A DNA stretch of 63,644 nucleotides, filler included, from Folioceros fuciformis (Eukaryota): assembly GCA_049999805.1 (NCBI GenBank). It is 23 parts of 23 records of this genome, joined end to end, with 100 filler letters (N's around TTAATTAATTAA, not from the genome) between each part and the next. Parts side by side here need not be neighbours in the genome. Positions count along the whole stretch, not along the records: positions 1 to 2,947 come from JBNGIO010000466.1; positions 3,048 to 9,731 come from JBNGIO010000467.1; positions 9,832 to 12,994 come from JBNGIO010000468.1; 20 more parts are not named here. One strand, written 5' to 3'. How positions within the stretch are numbered: the first letter of the stretch is position 1; every line of letters begins with the position of its first letter. Below are positions 1 through 13,094 of the stretch, one piece after another. Made by a program: the position numbers and the translations under genes. The notes below the pieces were generated by a model. It saw only the letters and a program-made list of their open reading frames with translations. It had not been told where the DNA came from and searched no databases.

Positions 1-1943
1 CACCGATTCCTGCACCCACAGCCATAGTTTCTGCTAACCCTGTTGTGGATTTTCCTGAGCAGCAGGATGCAGAAGTTGAGCAAGATGATGAGCCAGAATT
101 TGACTCACAACATGTGGACATCCATCCTGATGCTCCTGACCAGCTAGCAGATGAACCTGAGTTGGCAGCCCCTCCATGGCCTGAGCCACAACCAGCTGAG
201 GAGACACTTCCTGAACCTGTAGTTGAGGAACGGAGGTATCCTACAAGGTCTCGTCCTGCACGAGACAGCTGGAATGAAAGACCATATGAACCAGAGGATT
301 TCCGTCTTCCTCGATCTGCAAGGCTCTGTGAAGCCTTCTCCACAAGCACAGCTCATCCAGCAGAACCTCGTACTTATCGAGAGGCCATTAATGGTCCGGA
401 CAAGCATCATTGGATCCCTTCAATTCAAGATGAATATAATTCATTAATCAAGAATGGGACATGGGAGCTATGTCCATTACTTGCTGGGAGGACAACAGTA
501 AGTTGCAAATGGGTTTTCAAACACAAGCTGAATGCTCAGGGAGAAATAGCCCGATATAAGTCACGTCTGGTTGCTCGAGGCTTCTCCCAAGTTGCAGGGG
601 TGGACTTTAATGAGACATTTAGCCCTGTTGTCAAGACACAGACTATTAGGATGCTGCTCGCTCTTGCAGCTTCTAGAGATTGGGATCTTGAGCAGATGGA
701 CGTTTCAACCGCATTCCTGTATGGAGAGCTTGAAGAAGACATCTATATGGATCAGCCTAAAGGCTTCGTGGACCCTGAACATCCAGATTGGGTCTGCAAA
801 TTAAACAAGACCCTATACGGCTTGAAGCAAAGTGCCCGTGAGTGGTACAAGTGTATTGATAAATACCTCAAGTCGATAGGTTTCATCCAAAATCCAGCTG
901 ATGCCAACATATACATCTATTCCAAAGGAGGTCACATGGTCATCCTAGCCCTTTATGTGGATGATGTTATACTAGCATCCAACAATAGAGAATTACTGGA
1001 CTGGGTGAAAGGAATGTTGCACAAGGAGTATGATATGAAGGACATTGGACCACTTACCTTTGTCCTTGGCGTTCAGCTGCTGAGAGATAGACCCAACCGC
1101 ACACTTATTCTACATCAGACTAAATATATTGGTGAGACTCTTAGCCGCTTTAATTTGCAGGACGCTAAACCTGTCACCACACCAGGAAGCCTTGGGGTTA
1201 AGCTCTCTGCTAACCAATGCCCGCAAGATGATTATGAACGAGAGGCTATGAGTCAAGTCCCTTACTGCCATGCCGTGGGCTGCCTTAATTACATCAGCTG
1301 CTGGACTAGGCCTGATATTCAGCACTCTGTTAGTGTTGTTTCCCAATACCTTGAGAACCCAGGCCCCGAACATTGGATGGCAGTTAAGAGGATCCTACGG
1401 TACCTCAAAGGCACATCTACCTTTGGGCTATGTTTCTAGGGCGATGACCGTGCACTCACCATTGAGGGATACGCAGATGCCGATTGGGCTATAGATCCGA
1501 ATTAGCGGAAAAGTATTTCTGCATATTGCTTTTTGCTCTCTGGTGCGGCAGTCAACTGGAGCTTTAAGAAATAGACTTCAATAGCCCTCTCTTCAACTGA
1601 GGCAGAATACAAAGCTCTCACGGACTCCGCCAAGGAGGCTGAGTGGGAGCGCTCTTTCTTAGCCGGATTGGGCTTTCCTCAGTCGATTCCCACCACTATC
1701 TTCTGCGACAATATGTCTACTATTGCCTTGGTTGGGAATCCCCGTTTCCATGCGCGCACCAAGCACATCGAAGTTCACCACCACTATGTTCGGCATTCCG
1801 TGGAGCGCAAGGTGATCAAGATCCAACACATATCCACAGAGCTCAATACAGCCGACGTGCTTACAAAGAGCTTACCAACAAACAAGCATGTTTTTCACAT
1901 GGAGGCTTTGGGCCTCGTTGAGTATTCCTCCTACTTGCCTTGA
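1..1943 (+). mobile_element. Ty1/Copia pol fragment (RT + RNase H), degenerate
   Basis: RT motifs CKWVFKHK, KSRLVARG, QMDVSTAFL, LYGLKQS, LYVDD. The same frame continues past TAG stops at 1437, 1503 and 1572 into RNase H (YADADWA, SSTEAEY, CDN, RTKHIEV, ADVLTK), ending 1943. Confidence 0.97.
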
Positions 1944-2050
1944 CTTGCAAGTGGAGGTGTCGGGTGCTGGATGGATGAAGCTTAATGTTTACCTTATCAT
2001 CCAACACTCAGCTCGTTCTCTATGTCCTTAGTGTAACCAGCGTCGTGGTT

Positions 2051-2220
2051 AAGGGGGTGTGTTAAACCCCATAGTTTATTATAGTAACCACGGTCGCTGG
2101 GTTACCTAGACTAGGGTTAGATATATTACTTAGGGTTTAGTATATAAGACCAACACTTTGTAATCATTTATCAATTAATCATTATTCAAGTTTTGTTGTT
2201 CTCTCTAAGCAATATTGTCA
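2051..2220 (+). repeat. Polypurine tract and 3' LTR of the Copia element
   Basis: AAGGGGGTG (2051-2059) immediately followed by TGTTAAACC at 2060. TATA-like TATATAAG inside. Right boundary approximate. Confidence 0.7.
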
Positions 2221-2947
2221 ACCCTATTCCTCAAAATTATCACTTGTCGATATCTATCTGCATTTTTTAGAAATAGTGGCGAAATAGAACAGTGAACCAG
2301 CGCGGAACAAGCGGGAGTGTGCCGGTAGACCGGCGCACTCTTTAATAAAGTGCGCCAGTTGACCGGCGGACACTGCCAAAGGCACATGTATGTCAAGTGG
2401 AAAACGAAACTTGCCTGGCGCTACACACAAAAATTATCATACCAGTTTGTACTTAACACTTTTATCTAAACGTCTAACAAGTTTCATTTTTTTCAGGTTA
2501 TATCCCCGTTCAAACTTTTGTGGTCGTCATTGAGGTCCGTCTCCCTACGGTATGCCCCCACATACATGTTTCTTCTGGGAATCTCGCGGATGCGTGGATT
2601 GTGAACAACGATTTTGTCTGGTACAGTTACGGGTGCGTTCAATACTTCTGCCGCCTCCCGATTATACCACTGCCAAGGAGAATCAAGGTCTCTATCTACA
2701 CCGGAGTTTATAGAATGCACGATAGCCTCTTGCTTTGCCCAAAACCCATCCCACCACAAGTTCTCGCTTGGTCCTAAGTGTTGTCGTAATCGCATCTCCA
2801 GTTTTGATCTGAATTGTCCCAAGTGATATTCAACGACATTGTCCAGAACTGTCCTTTGTTTCTTGCTCCATCCGAGTGAGCTCCAGTGCGCTAGTCTACC
2901 GGCACACTAGAGCTCTAGCTGGCAGCAGTGCGCCGGTCTACCGGTGC

Positions 2948-3047
2948 NNNNNNNNNNNNNNNNNNNNNNNNNNNNNNNNNNNNNNNNNNNNTTAATTAAT
3001 TAANNNNNNNNNNNNNNNNNNNNNNNNNNNNNNNNNNNNNNNNNNNN
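2948..3047. other. Artificial contig linker N44-TTAATTAATTAA-N44 (first of 22)
   Basis: Identical 100-nt spacers with stops in all six frames start at 2948, 9732, 12995, 15001, 16727, 18766, 20849, 22428, 24888, 27204, 36874, 39689, 44007, 45964, 47125, 48349, 49812, 52757, 54797, 59152, 60264 and 62530. Confidence 0.99.
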
Positions 3048-3249
3048 TGTTTTTTTTGTCCTTTCATTTTAATACTAAAATAAAATTTTAATATTCAATA
3101 GCCTCTTCAAAGCAATAATAGTCAAAATAACATAATTATGTTTCCAAGGGTTCTATTTTATCTAGCTGCAGCATATTTTTATATGACTACTATTATCACA
3201 ATTAAGTTAAGCATTCAACTTAGTATTTTACCTATTTTACATTTTATAT

Positions 3250-5250
3250 AAATAAATTACGGTATAAATTACCGGACCCTTTCATAAGGGGTCAGTAAAG
3301 GTTTTTTTATTACACTTAAATTACAACAAAATACAAGGTTACACCTGTAAAGTTGGTAAAATTACATAGCACGTGTAAATTTACACACCTTCCATAATTT
3401 ACAGTGTATACGTAATATAACTGTAAAATATATAAATATACTAAAAAAAAGCAAACATACGTAATATATTTGTAATATGTAAAATATTCCATACATGCAA
3501 AATATTGTAATTTCAAGTAAAGATCCAAGAAAATTAACATATAAGCTCAAAATGGAGACTCCTTCTTCTTCTTCATTGTTTTTAGTCTCCTCTTGAGATC
3601 TAGATTCTACTTCTTCATTCTCCTCCATTTCACCATGGCGGATGTTTTCTATACCACTTTCTGCAACCACCTGTATGAGTTCAAGACTTTCTAAGTATGC
3701 AATCCAATCCTTCCAATATGTTGCTTCAATAGTAGCATTGTGTGGTTTTAACACTCTACTATTATAGTAAACATAGACAAGCATACCAACCCTATCCACC
3801 ATGGTTCTAGCTTTATTATCACGCCAAACGTGTTTCCAAGCACTCTAGTTTCTTTCCCTTCCTGTTGCAGTTGGAGGAATGCTTAACAACTTCTTTGCTA
3901 TATTTGCAAGTTGTGAACATTCCTTTCCATATGCTTCTCACCACTCCACATTGTTATACATCAACCCTTCTTGAAAATGTAGCTTATTATCTATGCATAA
4001 CTTACCAGGTCTAAGGCGATATTGGTTGAACTACAACAAAACACAATGAGCTTCCCTGGTTTTAGATGCCAATGCTTTCATAATACGCTCACCTTTCAAC
4101 CTATGAGCTGAAGAAATGTCAGGCAGCAATTTCCTATGCTTTGGATCTACCATTGCTGCAGTATTGAAGCAATCATGCCAACCAAACTCCTTCCGCGCAC
4201 TCCACAAATCTTGCAAGTGTAGAACTACTTCAAAAAACATAGTAGAGTTACTCCCCTTTGCCTAGGATCACTGTCTTGTGTTAGCAATTGACCAAAAGTG
4301 ATAGTACTTTGCTCTTTAAAATGCACCTCAAGCTTCTCTAACATCCAATAAGCATCTCCCAAAGAATCATTTCCTCCTCTAGTTGATGTAAGACATCACA
4401 TATAGGTTGAAATACAGAAATCAAGTACTTCACTTCCAGCACTATTTGTTACCTTCCGAGCAATCCCAAAACTTTCATCATCTTGTGGAAATGCCCAATC
4501 ATCCATGACTACGAGAATGGCCTGCTTATTAGCTATCAAGCTATTCATACTTAAAAGGAAGCTAGCAAACCTGGTTTTCACATCCTTCTGTAACTCTCGC
4601 TTTATCTTCAGTCTTCGTCGAGCCTTTTTCAACAAACCATGTGGAGCTGTCTTCGCTGTGAAGAAATGCACCACCTCCTTAGCTCCTACTATTGTTTCTG
4701 CCACTGCCTCCAATGCACCAATATCTTTCAACAATAAGTTCAACACATGTGTTAAACAACCAAATGTTATAAGACTTGGTTGATGTTCTTGCAGATGCTC
4801 CCATGCTGCTTTCATGTTGCTGGCATTATCCGTAACCACTGCAAAAACTTTATTTTATAATCCATGTTTCTTAATAACCTCCACAAATCTCTCCTTAATA
4901 TAAAGGCCAGTAACACTATTTGTCTCCGTACTGACCATTTCTAAGAAAATACTTGCACCAACAAAACATGCTTGAAAATTCAAAATATGCTCAGAACCCC
5001 TCTTGTGTGACCACCCATCACTAGTAAGAGTAACAAACTTACAAGTTTTTATGTGCTTTTCCACATCAGCTAACACTTCCTTATATATTTGTTGCAATTA
5101 TGTGTTTGCTAATAGCCAACAAGATGGTAATTGAAAGTAAGGCCTCAACAACTTAAAAAACTCCTTCCAACTCTCACTTTCCACAATATTAAAAGGCAAT
5201 GCCCATCTCATATAAAGCTTTAGCAAAAGAAACTTGTAACTTGCATTTTC
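3250..5250 (-). mobile_element. hAT DNA transposon relic (transposase pseudogene)
   Basis: LTSDGWS, VVTDNASNMKAAW and CLTHVLNLLLKDI (CxxH) motifs, TRF, and a C-terminal dimerisation region (AKKLLSIPPTATGRERN*S ... LVYVYYN) with acidic tail. Many stops. Subterminal AAATTAC(C)GG-type repeats near 3250-3380. 5' part cut by the Copia LTR at 5291. Confidence 0.9.
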
Positions 5251-5290
5251 CTCTGATAAATTCATATTAGTAGGAAGTGGGGAAACGTTG

Positions 5291-5478
5291 TGTTCTTAAG
5301 CTACATTACTTTATTTAGCACAATGAATGAATAAATACAAGATGAGTGTTTCTTACATAGGTATTAGTCGCACCACTTCGCTAGGGGTGTGATTGTTCGA
5401 GGTAACTCGGAGATTAACCTAACTCGACTGATCGATGACTAGGGTTATGGGTTACTTAATCGAACCCTATTCTTAACA
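5291..5478 (-). repeat. 3' LTR (188 bp) of Copia element
   Basis: On the minus strand the PPT AAGAGGGAG precedes TGTTAAGAA (5478) and the unit ends TTAAGAACA (5291). Confidence 0.8.
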
Positions 5479-8400
5479 CTCCCTCTTAAGTGAGACATAA
5501 CCTACCTTTTCAATTAAGAGCTAAGTAGTAGTCATGCTCCCTCTGTCAGGTGAGTCCTCCCTTGTACTTGGTCGGCAGAGAAGTAGGGTGAGTAATCCAC
5601 AAGTCCCATTCTCTGCATGTGTTGGTAGTGTCTCGACTTGGGCATGCCCTTTGTCAAAAGGTCTGCTAGGTTTTCTTCTGTGGGTACATAACCAGCTTGT
5701 ACCACCTTGCGCTCCACTACGTCACGGATGTAGTGTTGCTGAATCTCTATATGTTTTGTCCTAGCGTGAAATTTGGGGTTGGAGATCAATGCCAAGGCTG
5801 ACATGTTGTCGTAGTGAAGGGGTGTGGGCTGATCTTGCTTCTGGCCTATATAAGATAGAAAAACCCTTTCCCATTCAGCTTCTTTGGAGGCGTCTGTAAG
5901 AGATTTATATTCGGCTTCCGTGGAAGAGAGTGCTATGGAAGTCTGCTTCTTACGGCTCCAGTTCACTGTGGCTGCGGATAAGAGGAAGCAATGTGTGCTC
6001 AAACTTTTCCTTGAGTCTAGATCAAATGCCCAGTCGGCATCCGTATAACCAGTGAGAGAGAGCTTGCCTGTTCCTCCGCTTTGGTATACAAGCCCATATG
6101 TTAGGGTTCCCTACACGTAGCGGAGCACCCTCTTGACGGCAGCCTAGTGTGCCTTGCCAGGTGACTCTAAGAATTGGGATACCGTGGAGACAGAGTATTG
6201 GATGTCACGCCTTGTCCAACCAGTGACGAAGAGGAGGCTACCTACGGCGTGACGATAGGGAATCCCTTGCATCTCTTTGGCTTCCTCCTTAGTTTGTAGG
6301 CACTGATCGGCTGTGAGCTTAGTGCCCACAACGTAGGGAGTGGATACCGGCTTGGCTTGATCCAACTTGAACTTTCGTAGTATCTCATTGATGTACTTCA
6401 GCTGGTGGATGACCAGTCTTCCTTCTGTCTAGTTCCAATGGATTTGTATGCCAAGGCAAAACTTGTTCAACTATGTCCTTCATTTCGAAGCGAGCGCTCA
6501 GGAGTTGCTGCAAGCAACCTCTGCTAGCATTTCAGAGTTGTTTGCTGCAAGAATGAGGTTGTCAACATAGAGAGCAAGGACCACAAAGTGAGGGCCTCGG
6601 GACAGCTTGTATACACTACCGTCGGCCGTACTATGGGCAAAGGAGACGCTCATGAGGTAGGCGTGCATGGTGGTATACCAAACCCGGCCACTTTGCTTAA
6701 GGTCCTAGATACACTTCCGCAGCCTTAGGACTTTACCTGGGTGTTGCTTGCTAGCATAGCCTTCTGGCTGCTCCATATAGAGCTCCTCGTCCAAGTTGCC
6801 GTAAAGAAAAGCAGTCGTTACGTCCATTTGGTGGAGTTCTAGGTCGGCAGGGTCATTTACATGAGATGGGCTTCCTCCCATGAGCCGGGTCGACTAGCTC
6901 CCAAGTTTTGTTCTGAACCAAACTCTGGTATTCATCTTCCACTGCGGGCCGCCACTGGGAGGACTCAGGGCCAGTAAGTGCTTGGGTCAGAGTAGCTTGC
7001 TCCTCAGGTAAAGAGGAGGAAGGGGTTAACGGAGAGGGGTCTGAAGGCAGTTCGAAAATCCATTGATTGATAGGGTGGCTCAGCCCATTGGGACGGCGGT
7101 GGCCAGTGATGGGTGTTGCGGCGAAGGTCAGGAGCTGGTGCAGGATCTGGCATAGGTGGCACAGTAGGCGGCGTCTCACCTACGTCTGACACAAGAGGTG
7201 GAGCAGCTAGTGATGTTCCATTAGGGACATCGACGTCAGGTGCTGGCAGCAAGTTACTAGCAGCATTGTTACCGGCGGGAGGTGGGTCACCGAAAGCACC
7301 AGTATGGTCTTCAGGTGGGAAGGCCTGAAAGAATGGGTAGCCGTCCTCAACATCCGAGTCGGCGTCCACTATGTGAAGAGTGCTGGGGTCACTGTCCTCC
7401 GGAGGGAAGCTTAATAAAGGGTCTGAGTTAGGGGGAACAGGGTCTTCGGTCGAAGCGGCTCCCTCTAAAGCTGGCTTAGCAAGCTCCATGAAGGTAATAG
7501 CCCGTGCAAGGGTGATATTGTAGGTCTCAGGGTCTACGAGTTTGTAGGCCTTGGTGGATTCACTGTAGCCTACAAAAATCAGCTTCCTTGCCCTATCCTC
7601 TAACTTGCGCCGCTTTTGTGCAGGGATGTAGGCAAAGCTTCTGATCCAAAGACCCGCACGTGTTGAATACTTGGCTTCCGTTTCCAAAATACCTCGTATG
7701 GAGTGCGGCTAGATGCAGAGCTTGTGATAATCCGGTTCAAGATGTATGTAGCGGCCACTATGGCTTCAGCCCAAAAGCGCTGCGGAAGACCGGACCACAA
7801 GAGCATGCTTCGAGTCATGGAGAGGAGCGTCTGGTTCTTACGCTCAACAACCCCATTTTGCTGCAGGGTGTAGGGAACACTGAGTTGTCTTTGGATTCCT
7901 TGCTCAAGCAAGAAAGCATCAAACTCATTGTTTACAAACTCACTCCCATTATCGCTTCGCAGGGTTTTCAGCAAGTTTCCCGTCTGACACTCGACAACAA
8001 GTAGCCAGTCCTTAAAATAAGCGAATGTGTCGCTCTTCAGGTGCATGGGGAAGGTCCACGAGTATCTGCTAAAGTCGTCGGTGAGGGTGAGATAGTAGAT
8101 CGCCCCTCCTAGGGATGGAGTGTGAATCCTTCCCGATATATCGGCATGGACCAGCTCTAGCACTAACTCTGCCCTCTGCGCATGTTTGGGAAATGGCGAC
8201 TCCTTATGCTTTGCAAGCACATATGGCTCGCAAACGGGAAGTTGCCGGAAGCATCTTGGCAGAGATTCCTTGTATAGGTCCTGTGATGACATTGAGATCA
8301 ACTTATTCTTGTAAATGTGACCAAGCCTGGCATGCCAAAGGGTAGCCAGACTTGAAGAGGGCTGTTCAGCAGTGAAGACAAGGGGCTCCTGTCTGCTGTC

Positions 8401-9460
8401 CAAGGTGAGCTTATAAAGTCCATCTTGAAGGATGGCTTTTAACACGCACAGGTTGGAGTTAGTTGGCCTGTGACGGCCACACTTGCGGTCTGGCGCAGGC
8501 CAGGCTTTTGTGGCTCTCCGACCTTTTTCTTGCGGCACTCTTGTGCCCAATGACCGGGTGTATCGCACCTATTGCAGTTACCTGCCCGGCGTGGTGGAGC
8601 TGAGGTCAACTCACCCTTGGAGGTAGTGGCCTGCTTCCCCTTGAGTTTCCCAGGCTTAAAACGAACAGCGAGTGCCTTGTCTGCCTTGGGCTTGGACCCT
8701 ACTGCAGAATTGAGGCGGCTTTGTTCGTGCTGGTAAAGGGCACCGATGATTTCCTCCTCCACTGTCACAGAGGAGGTGGATCCAGAGATGCCGCGAGTTG
8801 ACACCAGCATCAGGATAGTGACAAAATGTTGGTAGGAGGCCGGCAAACTCATGAGCAGTTGAGCAGCAGTGTCGGTCTTGGTCATCAGTGACCCAAGGGA
8901 GGCCAACTGCCCTCTAAGCTGTTTGAACTTAGAGGTATGTGCTGCAATTGTGTCCATCTCCTTCATCTTAAGTGCATTGAATTCTTGTCCGATGTTGCAG
9001 AGTGTCTAGACATTGTTCACATCATAAGTGTTGGAGAGTTGGTTCCAAATGGAAGAGGCTTCTATGAGGAACTCGACGCTCGGCACTAAGCTCGAGTCCA
9101 AGCCAGAGATAAGGAACGCCACTGCAATTCCGTTTAAATATTCCCACTTCTCAATGTCAGTTGCAGAAGGAAGAGGGGTTGCAGTGGGGTCTGGTTTGGG
9201 GTGGCTCCCATTGACAATTTTCCAAACACCACGGCCAATCAGAATTGACTTCATTCGCACTCGCCATACTGAATAACGCTGGCCGTTAAAACGGTCATTT
9301 TCCTTTATATGGTCGGTGAATGTTGGCATAGATCCTATGGGTACAAGGACAATTGTGCTGGTGGCCATGGAAGCTGGTAGAATAATTGAAAGCAAATTAA
9401 AATGTTCAAGAAGCTGATTAGCCACGTCTCTGTAAGTTGAGGTCATAAAACTTGTTCTAG
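5291..9460 (-). mobile_element. Near-complete degenerate Ty1/Copia element (gag, integrase, RT, RNase H)
   Basis: gag DRFNGQRYSVWRVRM, UBN2-like region, zinc knuckle CNRCDTPGHWAQEC. Integrase LWHARLGH, VHADI, DDFSR, RSDNGSEF, QQNGVVERKN. RT remnants (QMDVTTAFL) and RNase H at 5532-6050. Frameshifts and stops throughout. Confidence 0.96.
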
Positions 9461-9899
9461 TGTCCTCCTAGCGCAAGTGCCACCAACGTCCTAGTAGTCA
9501 AGGGGCTTGTGAGCAATCTTGGACAGGCTCTACTAGGCGGCAAGGTCGGTAGATCGGATCCACTAAATGCTCGGCGGTGAGTTGGAGCTGGTCCAGGAGT
9601 GCCGAGGTGTGGTTGATGAGAGGCGGGGGTGTCGAGGCATGCTCGATCTTCACACAAGAATTCTCAAGAACTTGCTAGCTGTCAGGCAAGAAGTAGTAGA
9701 AGAAGGGGTCGAGTGTGAACCGGCACCGGGCNNNNNNNNNNNNNNNNNNNNNNNNNNNNNNNNNNNNNNNNNNNNTTAATTAATTAANNNNNNNNNNNNN
9801 NNNNNNNNNNNNNNNNNNNNNNNNNNNNNNNTTCTCGAGCTCGTATTCGATCTTGTTCAGGTAAAGGAGCGGGCTCTTAGCTTTTAGCTCGACCTTGCA

Positions 9900-10640
9900 T
9901 CCAGGTGTTTCGAATCACACCAGCAACTTTCGCCACCGCGATGAGATTTCGCTTAGGTTTGGCCCACCCGTCGGCTTTCTCTCTCTCTACATGCAGTAGT
10001 GGGGTTGCCATTATCGCGACGTACAGGGTCCCATTTGGCACGTTGTCCCGTTGGGGGGCACCGCATTGTCACTCATGATGCAATTCGGGATGTCATGTTC
10101 TCAATGGCCAGTGTGGGTTTCTTGGAAGTATAGGGAGCGTCCATATACTTCGCGCAAGGGGGTTTCACTTAGAGCCGGTCGGACCTTTTCTTCACTAGGG
10201 GAGAACAAGTTTGTGTTGCTGATGTGGTTGTTACGGATCCCACTAGGGGTTCGATTTGTGAGCACATCATCATCAACCCCCCTGGTTGGATGGCAGAGGG
10301 TTGTGCAAGTGCCAAAGTCCATAAGTGTTCTCCCTTGCAAGACGGGCATACTTTCATCCCCCTTGCTCTTGAGACTCATGGAGCTATGGGGCAGGACTTT
10401 TCAGGGTTTATCAAGGAGTGCGCCAAGGTTTATCAGAGCAATAGGAATGGTGTTCTCCCTCTTTCCTCTATGGTGGCCTTCTTTCGACAAAGTGTATTCA
10501 TTGCTTTGCAACGAGCATTGGCAAATGCAGTTTTTAGAACAACAACCAGCGCAGGTCAAACAGCTTCTTCGGCACCGATGGTAGGTAGGCCTTTTGTTAT
10601 TCCACATCATGACATTTTAGGAGAAGTAGGTAGTTTTTGA
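9900..10640 (+). mobile_element. CRE-like non-LTR retrotransposon, 3' fragment (Zn knuckle + restriction-like endonuclease)
   Basis: MRFRLGLAHP, HLARC...THDAIRD, ADVVVTDP, K..K, FIPLALETHGAMG, SVFIALQRALA. Paralogous to 34269-34790. Confidence 0.85.
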
Positions 10641-11952
10641 AAATGATATTCGCAGGGGAGAGTGCCTCTTTTTACCTTTGGTCCTAATGGGGTTGTTCCT
10701 CCAATCTTTGGAGGAGATGGGACTTTTCGTCTCTTTTTCAAGCATGGAAAATACCAATTTCTAATAGAGCTAAGCTTAAGAGGAGAATGACAATGAATGA
10801 ATATGGACAACCATTTGAAGTAGTGTCTTGAGCTAGGTAGTGAAAATGAACTTTTAGCAATCCACTACATCCAAGCTCTTGTTTCTCTGCAAGACTTCAA
10901 TGCCTTGAGGTAGCTAGGGAAAAATCAACCTCAAGCAACCCACCGCAAAGGGCTTGTGTCTCTCTTCAAGACTTGGATTGGGGCTTGGATACAAGCACAT
11001 GCTTAGGAACAAGTCTCTTATTTCAACAAATGAAATGTTGTAGAATCTATACATCTTACCCATCAAAACATTAACATCTAATGAGAGGGTGGAAATACCT
11101 CATGTTTTTATTACATAATACTTTTATCTATCTTAATTTTATTTTTAATATATATAGAATCTTAAAATACTCTCCAATATAGAACAATAGAATCTTCTTG
11201 TAAGCTATCCGTAATCCACGAGAGCAGAAACTAAATAATAGTAAATATGTTATTTTCATGACAACTGCCCTGTAGGCACTGCACACATACATAATGTGGG
11301 AACACCTTATACATCACTTGAACGCTGTGCGTAGTTTCAGTTTGGAATTTCGTAGATTTTACAGGCAGACATAATTCCTTGGCGTATGCAGAGTGAAGAG
11401 CGGCAGGTGCAAAACGAGTGCGTGGGAAGTGCGAGCGCGAGCCAGCGTACCGTTCACCCTTGTTGCTGGCTCTGATTCTAGAGCTTCTCTCTTGACCGTG
11501 CTCGCCATGCCATGCTATGTTATGCCTATCAGGTATGCGGTCTTCACCGTCCGTCTCCCCACCTCTAGGTATGCGGATCGGACTGCTGCGCCTTGTTTCC
11601 AGTTACTTCGGATCTGAATTGCCTTTTATGCCCGTGCCTTTGTGCTTTGTGCGTATTTTGCGCCTTGGTGTGTCCTTCTCTTCCGTGTCTCAGAAGTTGT
11701 GAATTGTGTCTCGATCTTGGCAGCATTTAGCAAGTTTTCATCAAATCAGCAACGACAGGGAAATGCGTCAGGACTCACCCTACAGAGGAGGGTCTTCTGG
11801 CATCTGGCAGTATTGCTAGCCAGTGTGGCCGCGTGAATCCGAAATCTTCGGAGCACTTAGCCATCAGCTGACACTCCTGGCCTTGCTGGCTTGTGACCAT
11901 GTCGGACTTAGGCTGAGACTCTTGCGGTGGAGCGGCCGAGTTCGCTAGGACG

Positions 11953-12994
11953 ATGAGAATTCGAGGTTTTGACTTCAAGTGGTACGTAATCGGGCCCCGG
12001 TCTTGCGGTTCACGATGCTGTTGGATGGTGGATGTTGAACGACGAAGCAAGTTCTTGCACTGCGCTTGAGAGGACTGCAATCAGCAGCCTCAAGCATTTT
12101 ACGGATGCCTTCTCAATCGTCGAATTCTTTTCTCTGTTGTGTCTCAACTAATGAAAGCTGTTCAAATCTTGGTCGAAGGTTTTCTGTCTAAGTTTTGGAT
12201 TTCTGCTTAAGTTTCTTGTTAAGGCTCTTCGGACGGACACGTCGGAGTATTTGTCACCCACAGGACCACGCTTTGAAGTAAGCTGCTGCAATGCAAGCAG
12301 CTGCTTCTGAGCTTGTATTGTTAGCAGTCAGAAATGGAAGATCTAGTTTGCAGACTCTTTCTTCACGCGGTGTGTGCTCCCAGGATCCCATCAGATGGCA
12401 ATATCCTGGTCCAACGTCGCTAGTATGCTTGGAAATGATTTGCATTGTGCTGGATAAGCTTTACTGCCTGTGATGTTATGATGGTGCTGAGCATCTTACC
12501 AATGCTTGTTGAGTGGAACAGAAGTATGCTGATTCTATTGACCAATTTCGTTATCACTATTTTCCAAGAAAACTGCAACAGCATTGGTGGACTGTTACCC
12601 AGCTTGCCTAGCGTTTTTAGAGTGTTCTCTCCGCAACTAGGATCCATTACCACGATCTTGCACATCACTTCAAGTATTTAGACATGCAGAGGAACTGCAT
12701 TGAGGCTCTCGTGGCCAGAATTTCAAAGCCTTGTCTGGCATTTTGTTGCAGGTTTGATGGGTTCTTCTTGTCTATGCTCGCCACAAGTGTGTATCCTTTT
12801 CCTCTTTGATAAGCGGATCGTGCTGCAGTGAAAGGACTGCCCAATTTTGCCTCTGCGACAAGTGTTTTGACAATGATGTCACTAATAGCGCACTTCAGTG
12901 AATGTGCTCTTTCTTAACTACTCTACGAACAGGATCGTGGTGTCATTGAATTGGAACAGATATAACAAATGTACCTATCCGCTGCATATTTGGA
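11953..12994 (+). CDS. SIS3: SIS3-like RING E3 ubiquitin ligase, first three coding exons (11953-11981, 12752-12790, 12933->12994), truncated by gap
   Basis: Spliced translation MRIRGFDFKWFDGFFLSMLATSVIVVSLNWNRYNKCTYPLHIW closely matches the recalled plant SIS3 N-terminus (MAMRGVDFKWYDGFFLSMLATSVIIVAVNWNRY..C.YPLHIW). GT-AG boundaries keep the frame. Confidence 0.92.
12791..12932 (+). other. U12-type (minor spliceosome) GT-AG intron
   Basis: 5' splice site GTATCCTTT, branch-point-like TTCTTAAC at 12911-12918 about 15 nt from the AG, no polypyrimidine tract. Confidence 0.88.
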
Positions 12995-13094
12995 NNNNNN
13001 NNNNNNNNNNNNNNNNNNNNNNNNNNNNNNNNNNNNNNTTAATTAATTAANNNNNNNNNNNNNNNNNNNNNNNNNNNNNNNNNNNNNNNNNNNN

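Noticed and set aside
2992-3003. Recurrent TTAATTAATTAA palindrome
   Set aside because: Artificial six-frame-stop linker between N runs, not biological. ORFs containing X runs are artefacts.
12151-12277. Alternative start exons MKAVQILVEG|PRFE
   Set aside because: They lie inside intron 1 of the SIS3-like gene, and the 11953 exon matches the known N-terminus. They could only be minor alternative exons.
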